Source: a virus
Taxonomy: Duplodnaviria; Heunggongvirae; Uroviricota; Caudoviricetes
Strand: one strand, 5' to 3'
Length of the DNA: 13,044 nt
IMG/VR virus record: IMGVR_UViG_2531839486_000015
The notes under the pieces were generated by a model. The model worked only from the letters and a program-made list of their open reading frames with translations. It made no database searches and was not told the origin of the DNA. Positions 1 through 5,231 of this stretch are shown here, piece after piece. Each line of letters opens with the position of its first letter. The stretch's first letter is position 1. A program made the translations under genes and the position numbers.

Positions 1-225
1 CGTAACAAGATGCCGCATACTGCGCCCCAACCTGTCCAGCTTCCAGACAACCAGCGTGTCTCCTGCCGATAGTGTCCTGAGCAGTTTTTTCAGCCCCGGT
101 CTGTCGGACTTAGTGCCGCTGATTTTATCCTCAAAAATCCGCTCACATCCCGCGCAGTTCAGCGCACTACGTTGCAAATCGGTGTTCTGGTCATTTGTTG
201 ACACGCGTACATAGCCAATAAGCAT
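1..225 (-). CDS. Serine DNA invertase, N-terminal 75 codons only (inverted duplicate of the 5' end of the 2334-2900 gene); 3' part lies beyond the window start, so complete gene vs fragment is undetermined
   Basis: Reverse complement of 1-225 is identical to 2334-2558 and encodes MLIGYVRVSTNDQNTDLQ... with the start codon at complement 223-225. Confidence 0.6.
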   Translation of the reverse strand, partial: MLIGYVRVSTNDQNTDLQRSALNCAGCERIFEDKISGTKSDRPGLKKLLRTLSAGDTLVVWKLDRLGRSMRHLVT

Positions 226-252
226 GATCATCTCCTTGAATAAAAATCGGGG

Positions 253-747
253 ATGATGCCAGTTAGTCGTAATCGCTGCATTTTCATAAACGTTGGTTTG
301 GGAGAAGCGGCAAAACGAAATGTGGGCAACGGGGAAAACCAAATCCCTGATATGTCTTTCTGGACGGTTACTGGTGGCAATGGAAATTTTGTGATTCGTC
401 AACCTGACGGGCTAATCATTCAGATGGTTACTGTAAGTATAAGCGGTCCAGTGGCGATGAATGGAATGACTGATAATGCTTATGCCATTACAGGTTCTAA
501 TAAGTCTTATATTGCCACAGCCACATTGCCCTTTGTATTTCCTAATAAGGTGCTGGGCGTTATCCCTCTGGTATCAACAACAGTTTATGGTGGTGTATCC
601 AGTAATATTACAGGTTCATACGCGACGGCGGTTTGTTCTTTTGCCGCTGTCAGGGGGAATAATACGATTGTGTTCAAAGTCGACAAACCACTGAATGCAG
701 CCTTTCCTTTAGATACCAGCGTCTCAGCGTTAATCATTGGACGGTAA
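253..747 (+). CDS. Tail-fibre C-terminal (receptor-binding) variable cassette A; ORF as drawn starts at an ATG in the flank, and unique sequence begins after the crossover site at codon ~19
   Basis: 164-aa ORF immediately followed by, and stop-overlapping, a tail-fibre assembly gene. The first 18 residues (MMPVSRNRCIFINVGLGE) are shared with the opposing cassette because they are encoded in the inverted repeat. Weak Shine-Dalgarno; in-frame TAA at 241-243 upstream. Confidence 0.5.
   Translation: MMPVSRNRCIFINVGLGEAAKRNVGNGENQIPDMSFWTVTGGNGNFVIRQPDGLIIQMVTVSISGPVAMNGMTDNAYAITGSNKSYIATATLPFVFPNKVLGVIPLVSTTVYGGVSSNITGSYATAVCSFAAVRGNNTIVFKVDKPLNAAFPLDTSVSALIIGR
281..306. other. 26-bp Hin/Gin-type inversion crossover site (left): ttttcataaacg-tt-ggtttgggagaa
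   Basis: Two 12-bp imperfect inverted half-sites around a 2-bp core. On the reverse strand it reads TTCTCCCAAACC AA CGTTTATGAAAA, which resembles hix/gix sites as I recall them (TTCTTGAAAACCAAGGTTTTTGATAA-like). It lies exactly where the sequence between the two arms becomes unique. Confidence 0.65.
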
Positions 748-749
748 GA

Positions 750-1193
750 ATGAACTCAGTATTCTTTTCACCCGGAAGTAAAAGTTTTTATCTGCAAGAA
801 TTGTTTCCAGAATATGAGGATGCGGGAACGCTTCCTGATGATGTTATTGAAATTACCAGAGAAACATATGAGCAATTTCTTGGGCTGCATCCTGAAGGGA
901 AAGAGATTGGCGCTGACAGTTCAGGACGGCCAGTATGGATTAATTCCCCACCACCTTCAAAAGAGGATGAGGTATTGACGGCTGAAATGAAAAAAATATC
1001 TTTGGTTTCAGAAGCCAATACCTACATCAATACCCATCAGTGGCCTGGCAAAGCTGCTATTGGTCGTCTGAAAGGTGACGAGCTGGAACAATATAATTTA
1101 TGGCTGGATTATCTGGACGCACTGGAACTGGTTGATCCCTCCAGTGCTCCAGATATTGAATGGCCTACGCCTCCGGCAGTTCAGGCCAGATGA
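750..1193 (+). CDS. Tail-fibre assembly chaperone (Tfa family), cassette A
   Basis: 147 aa; position directly after the tail-fibre cassette; C-terminal ...DIEWPTPP... motif resembles the conserved Tfa C-terminus (compare cassette B ...VIWPELPEA). Confidence 0.7.
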   Translation: MNSVFFSPGSKSFYLQELFPEYEDAGTLPDDVIEITRETYEQFLGLHPEGKEIGADSSGRPVWINSPPPSKEDEVLTAEMKKISLVSEANTYINTHQWPGKAAIGRLKGDELEQYNLWLDYLDALELVDPSSAPDIEWPTPPAVQAR

Positions 1194-1767
1194 CATTCGG
1201 CACGGTGCTGGTATCTGTTGCCATCACCGCGTCAATATAATCCAGCACAGCGTTAAGCCGGGTTGTTTCTGCCTGCGTCAGTTTCCGTCCGGCCTGTAAT
1301 TTCAGCTGAATCAGACTGATGGAAGCCATTGCAGCATCAATCAGTGACTGGCGCTGTGCTTCTGCCGCGTCTACTGCGGCGTTATGCTGTGCTTCAGTAT
1401 CGGTCACCCATTTCTCACCATCCCATTTATCGTATGGAGATAAAGGGGCGATAGTGGTTGTATTTTCAGGGTAATCACCCGGAGCTTTGATTTCTTTTGA
1501 TTCTCCTGTTTCAGTGCTATAGACAATTTCACCACGGTGGTCTGGCACATATATCCATGAGTTAAAATCTTCAGAACGGCAAATTGCATAACCAGTTTTG
1601 TATGGGCCAGGAGCATCTAAACAGGAACATGCCGGAATGCCGACACCAATGGCAAGATATTCGGTTGATGTGGAAATATATTCCCGTGATTCACCATCAT
1701 AGTTATAGACGGAAATATTCCCCGCCTTCGTGGCAATAAGCTCGCTATTTAATACGGCGTTATCCAT
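1165..1767 (-). CDS. Tail-fibre assembly chaperone (Tfa family), cassette B
   Basis: 200 aa; N-terminus MDNAVLNSELIA... and C-terminus ...RLNAVLDYIDAV...VIWPELPEA are typical of lambdoid/Mu-type Tfa proteins. Start codon overlaps the stop of the upstream minus-strand tail-fibre cassette (TAATG at 1765-1769). Confidence 0.8.
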   Translation of the reverse strand: MDNAVLNSELIATKAGNISVYNYDGESREYISTSTEYLAIGVGIPACSCLDAPGPYKTGYAICRSEDFNSWIYVPDHRGEIVYSTETGESKEIKAPGDYPENTTTIAPLSPYDKWDGEKWVTDTEAQHNAAVDAAEAQRQSLIDAAMASISLIQLKLQAGRKLTQAETTRLNAVLDYIDAVMATDTSTVPNVIWPELPEA

Positions 1768-2306
1768 TATGCAGCCCTCACGATATAGTTAAATGCAATA
1801 TTACGTGGACGCGTTTCTGAGGCTGCGGCACCTAAACCAGCCACTGATTGTTTATATGTTTTAAAGGTTCCATAATCCGGTGCTGGTAATCCGGCATCGT
1901 TTGTGTTTCCTCTTTTGATAATGTCAGTGCCACTATTTACCCAGCTTTCATCAAAATAAAAATTAATCGTTGCATCAGTCACAATCGTGGATCTTGACGG
2001 TAATCCATGAGCATGATCCTCCGTTGCATACCCCTGAACAGTGAGAAGACTTCGCCCATTATCTACACCACGCCCATCATCCCAGCCACGAATAAACTCA
2101 CCGCGTAAATCAGGCAATTTATTTGTCGGGTAAGCCTTCGCCAGCTTAGGATATTCAACGGCAGAAAAAGCCGCACCGTTACATTTCAGCCAGCCAGTAG
2201 GCGGTGTTGCAGAAGGCCACGGAACAGGCACACCAACGGGTAATGCCGAACCTTCTCCCAAACCAACGTTTAAGAAAATGCAGCGATTACGACTAACTGG
2301 CATCAT
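1767..2306 (-). CDS. Tail-fibre C-terminal variable cassette B with phage tail-collar-like domain
   Basis: 179 aa; after the shared 18-aa leader it contains ...WPSATPPTGWLKCNGAAFSAVEYPKLA...LPDLRGEFIRGWDDGRG..., the hallmark motif of the phage tail-fibre collar domain. Confidence 0.7.
   Translation of the reverse strand: MMPVSRNRCIFLNVGLGEGSALPVGVPVPWPSATPPTGWLKCNGAAFSAVEYPKLAKAYPTNKLPDLRGEFIRGWDDGRGVDNGRSLLTVQGYATEDHAHGLPSRSTIVTDATINFYFDESWVNSGTDIIKRGNTNDAGLPAPDYGTFKTYKQSVAGLGAAASETRPRNIAFNYIVRAA
2253..2278. other. 26-bp Hin/Gin-type inversion crossover site (right): ttctcccaaacc-aa-cgtttaagaaaa, inverted relative to 281-306
   Basis: Inverted copy of the 281-306 site, differing at one base in the outer half-site (2273 vs 286). 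It sits 50-56 bp upstream of the invertase start. Confidence 0.65.
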
Positions 2307-2558
2307 CCCCGATTTTTATTCAAGGAGATGATCATGCTTATTGGCTATGTACGCGTGTCAACAAATGACCAGAACACCGATTTGCAACGTAGTGCGCTGA
2401 ACTGCGCGGGATGTGAGCGGATTTTTGAGGATAAAATCAGCGGCACTAAGTCCGACAGACCGGGGCTGAAAAAACTGCTCAGGACACTATCGGCAGGAGA
2501 CACGCTGGTTGTCTGGAAGCTGGACAGGTTGGGGCGCAGTATGCGGCATCTTGTTACG
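2253..2558. repeat. Right arm of the long inverted repeat; covers the crossover site, the invertase leader and the first 75 codons of the invertase
   Basis: Same comparison as the left arm. The right arm extends at least to 2558 and may be longer, since the left arm is cut by the window edge. Confidence 0.9.
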
Positions 2559-2900
2559 CTGATAGAAGAGTTACGCCAGCGTGGTGTGAATTTCAGAAGC
2601 CTGACTGACAGTATTGATACCAGTACCCCAATGGGCCGTTTCTTTTTTCATGTCATGGGTGCCCTGGCTGAAATGGAACGCGAACTGATAGTTGAACGTA
2701 CCAGGGCAGGGCTGGCTGCAGCTCGTGCCAAAGGCAGAGTAGGTGGACGCCGTCCTAAGTTGACCACCGAACAGTGGGCACAGATTGGGCGTTTACTCGA
2801 GGCCGGAGAATCAAGACAGCGTATTGCACTGATTTTTGATGTAGGCGTTTCTACCATTTATAGAAAATTTCCGGCAAATAAGAGCAATGAATCCCCCTGA
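2334..2900 (+). CDS. Site-specific serine DNA invertase, Gin/Pin/Hin/Cin family
   Basis: MLIGYVRVSTNDQNTDLQR... N-terminus with catalytic Ser9 context; ...VVWKLDRLGRS...; C-terminal helix-turn-helix ...GVSTIYRKF. AAGGAG at 2322-2327 sits 6 nt before the ATG at 2334; the longer ORF from 2328 has no spacing to that Shine-Dalgarno. Confidence 0.92.
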   Translation: MLIGYVRVSTNDQNTDLQRSALNCAGCERIFEDKISGTKSDRPGLKKLLRTLSAGDTLVVWKLDRLGRSMRHLVTLIEELRQRGVNFRSLTDSIDTSTPMGRFFFHVMGALAEMERELIVERTRAGLAAARAKGRVGGRRPKLTTEQWAQIGRLLEAGESRQRIALIFDVGVSTIYRKFPANKSNESP

Positions 2901-2948
2901 ATCAGCATTATTTTGATTATCCCTGCAAGTAGACAAATACCGTCATTT

Positions 2949-2966
2949 TGTGTGAATAACGACACA
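2949..2966 (+). promoter_or_regulatory. Candidate Ogr/Delta activator binding site (TGT-N12-ACA) of a P2-type late promoter upstream of FI
   Basis: TGTGTGAATAACGACACA fits TGT-N12-ACA exactly, 77-94 bp upstream of the FI start codon, in the 142-bp gap between the invertase and FI. This is consistent with the site being centred near -55 of a late promoter. Confidence 0.45.
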
Positions 2967-3042
2967 ACTGCGCTTAGCTGTTTGTCAGGCACAATCACTT
3001 CAACATAGGGCGAAGCCTAATCCAATCAGGAGGTTCGCCACT

Positions 3043-4215
3043 ATGGCTCAGGATTACCACCACGGGGTGCGCGTTGTTGAAGTCAACGAAGGCACCCGAT
3101 CTATTACCACGGTGAGCACCGCCATCGTGGGTATGGTCTGCACGGGCGATGATGCCGATGCAAAAATGTTTCCTCTTAATAAACCCGTGCTGATCACTGA
3201 TGTGCTGACTGCCAGCGGTAAAGCGGGTGAGTCAGGTACTCTGGCCCGTTCGCTGGATGCCATCGCTGACCAGGCAAAACCCGTGACCATTGTTGTGCGT
3301 GTGCCGCAGGGTGAAACGGAAGACGAAACCACGACCAATATCATCGGCGCAGTGACTGCTGAAGGTAAAAAAACAGGTATGAAAGCCCTGTTATCTGCCC
3401 AGTCACAGCTCGGCGTTAAACCGCGCATTCTCGGCGTGCCAGGCCACGACACCAAGGCGGTAGCTACTGAGTTGCTAAGCGTGGCGCAAAGCCTGCGTGG
3501 ATTTGCTTACCTGTCAGCGTATGGCTGCAAGACAGTGCAGGAGGCGATCACTTACCGCGAAAACTTCAGCCAGCGTGAAGGGATGCTGATCTGGCCTGAC
3601 TTTACTGGCTGGGACACGGTGCTGAATGCCGAAGCAACGGCATATGCCACCGCCCGTGCGCTTGGTCTGCGCGCCAAAATTGACGAGCAGACCGGATGGC
3701 ACAAAAGCCTGTCCAACGTGGGCGTGAACGGTGTCACCGGAATTTCTGCAGATGTGTTCTGGGATCTGCAGGACCCGGCAACCGATGCAGGTCTGCTGAA
3801 CCAGAACGACGTCACCACGCTTGTGCGTAAAGACGGTTTCCGCTTCTGGGGTTCCCGCTGCCTGAGTGATGACCCGCTCTTTGCCTTCGAAAACTACACC
3901 CGCACGGCGCAGGTGCTGATGGACACGATTGCAGAAGCACACATGTGGGCGGTGGATAAACCTCTTAACCCGTCGCTGGCCCGCGACATTATCGAAGGTA
4001 TCCGCGCCAAAATGCGCAGCCTGGTCAGTCAGGGCTATCTCATTGGTGGTGATTGCTGGCTGGATGAGTCGGTGAACGACAAAGACACGCTGAAAGCCGG
4101 AAAACTCACCATCGACTATGACTACACGCCAGTGCCGCCACTTGAAAATCTGATGCTGCGCCAGCGCATCACCGATCAGTACCTGGTGAATTTTGCCAGC
4201 CAGGTCAGCGCGTAA
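3043..4215 (+). CDS. FI: Contractile tail sheath protein (P2 gpFI-like)
   Basis: 390 aa; N-terminus [19 protein letters not shown]...[10 protein letters not shown]... is characteristic of P2 FI sheath; AGGAGG Shine-Dalgarno 9 nt upstream; first gene of the late operon. Confidence 0.9.
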   Translation: MAQDYHHGVRVVEVNEGTRSITTVSTAIVGMVCTGDDADAKMFPLNKPVLITDVLTASGKAGESGTLARSLDAIADQAKPVTIVVRVPQGETEDETTTNIIGAVTAEGKKTGMKALLSAQSQLGVKPRILGVPGHDTKAVATELLSVAQSLRGFAYLSAYGCKTVQEAITYRENFSQREGMLIWPDFTGWDTVLNAEATAYATARALGLRAKIDEQTGWHKSLSNVGVNGVTGISADVFWDLQDPATDAGLLNQNDVTTLVRKDGFRFWGSRCLSDDPLFAFENYTRTAQVLMDTIAEAHMWAVDKPLNPSLARDIIEGIRAKMRSLVSQGYLIGGDCWLDESVNDKDTLKAGKLTIDYDYTPVPPLENLMLRQRITDQYLVNFASQVSA

Positions 4216-4224
4216 GGGGACAAC

Positions 4225-4740
4225 ATGGCTTTACCACGCAAATTAAAACATCTGAACCTGTTTAACGACGGGAACAACTGGCAGGGGATCGTAGAGTCGC
4301 TGACGCTGCCGAAATTCACCCGCAAATATGAGAAGTATCGCGGCGGCGGAATGCCGGGGGCAGTAGATGTGGATCTGGGGCTTGATGACAGTGCGCTGGA
4401 CACAGAATTTTCCATTGGTGGTACTGAACTGCTGCTGTTTAAGCAGATGGGCAAAGCCACTGTGGATGGCATCCAGCTGCGCTTTACCGGCTCTATCCAG
4501 CGTGACGATACCGGGGAAGTGCAGGCTGTGGAGCTTGTGGTGCGTGGACGTCACAAAGAAGTGGATTCCGGCGAGTGGAAGACGGGCGAAAGCAACACCA
4601 CCAAAGTGACCAGTACCAACAGCTACGCGAAGCTGACCATCAATGGTGAGGTGCTCTATGAAGTGGACCTTATCAACATGGTGGAAATTGTGGATGGTGT
4701 GGACCTGATGGAAGCACACCGCAACGCACTCGGCCTCTGA
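4225..4740 (+). CDS. FII: Tail tube protein (P2 gpFII-like)
   Basis: 171 aa, size and position immediately after the sheath gene; Shine-Dalgarno AAGGGGA upstream. Confidence 0.88.
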   Translation: MALPRKLKHLNLFNDGNNWQGIVESLTLPKFTRKYEKYRGGGMPGAVDVDLGLDDSALDTEFSIGGTELLLFKQMGKATVDGIQLRFTGSIQRDDTGEVQAVELVVRGRHKEVDSGEWKTGESNTTKVTSTNSYAKLTINGEVLYEVDLINMVEIVDGVDLMEAHRNALGL

Positions 4741-4794
4741 TCTATCTGAACGGCGCGGGATACCGCGCCAGAACCCAATTTAAAGGACAGCAAA

Positions 4795-5097
4795 ATGAGC
4801 GATAAGCAGACTGAAAAGACCATTCAACTGGATACCCCCATCAAGCGCGGTAAAACGGAAATCACCGAAATTGTGCTGCGTAAACCGCAGTCCGGTGCGC
4901 TGCGCGGTACACGCCTGCAGGCCATTATGGATATGGATGTAAACGCGATGATGACCGTGATCCCCCGCATCTCCAGTCCGGCACTGACTGCACAGGAAAT
5001 TGCAGAGATGGACCCGGCAGATCTCACTGCCATGTCGGTTGAGGTTGTCACTTTTTTGTTGAAGAAGTCGGTGCTTGCCGGTTTACCGACAGCCTGA
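4795..5097 (+). CDS. E: Tail assembly chaperone gpE (zero-frame product)
   Basis: 100-aa ORF between the tube and tape-measure genes; contains slippery heptamer T_TTT_TTG at 5052-5058 near its 3' end. Confidence 0.8.
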   Translation: MSDKQTEKTIQLDTPIKRGKTEITEIVLRKPQSGALRGTRLQAIMDMDVNAMMTVIPRISSPALTAQEIAEMDPADLTAMSVEVVTFLLKKSVLAGLPTA

Positions 5098-5231
5098 CGG
5101 TTGACGATCTGGTGGCAGATATCGCCACCATTTTTCACTGGCCGCCATCCGTTACTGACGTTATGCCGCTGACCGAAGTGCTGGAATGGCGGTATAAAGC
5201 GATTCAGAGAAGCGGGGCCAACGATGAGTGA
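4795..5231 (+). CDS. E: Tail assembly chaperone gpE+E' (-1 programmed frameshift product; join 4795..5058 with 5058..5231)
   Basis: After a -1 slip at 5052-5058 the -1 frame stays open for 57 codons (VEEVGACRFTDSLTVDDLVADIATIFHWPPSVTDVMPLTEVLEWRYKAIQRSGANDE) to TGA at 5229-5231, overlapping the T start at 5224. Total about 145 aa, close to P2 E+E' size as I recall it. Confidence 0.65.
5052..5058 (+). other. -1 ribosomal frameshift slippery heptamer TTTTTTG (X_XXY_YYZ in the gpE frame)
   Basis: Codons ACT TTT TTG in the E frame; heptamer directly visible in the sequence. Confidence 0.65.

Larger units (their letters stand above)
1..306. repeat. Left arm of a long inverted repeat; reverse complement of 2253-2558 (left position p pairs with right position 2559-p); single mismatch at 286 vs 2273; truncated by window start
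   Basis: Manual reverse-complement comparison of 1-306 against 2253-2558 matched at every base except one. Homology stops abruptly at 307/2252. Confidence 0.9.

Noticed and set aside
2328-2333. Upstream ATG (2328) as the invertase start, as in the ORF track
   Set aside because: The AAGGAG Shine-Dalgarno ends at 2327 with zero spacing to 2328. The ATG at 2334 has ideal spacing and gives the canonical MLIGYVRVS N-terminus.
1-2558. Long inverted repeats as terminal repeats of an insertion sequence or transposon
   Set aside because: The interior encodes tail-fibre and Tfa cassettes, not a transposase. The arms carry an invertase start and hix/gix-like sites, which fits a site-specific inversion system rather than a transposable element.
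3054-4719. Several 90-160 aa minus-strand ORFs within FI and FII (3054-3455, 3514-3942, 4243-4719)
   Set aside because: Antisense to confidently assigned sheath and tube genes; no ribosome-binding sites or recognisable motifs.
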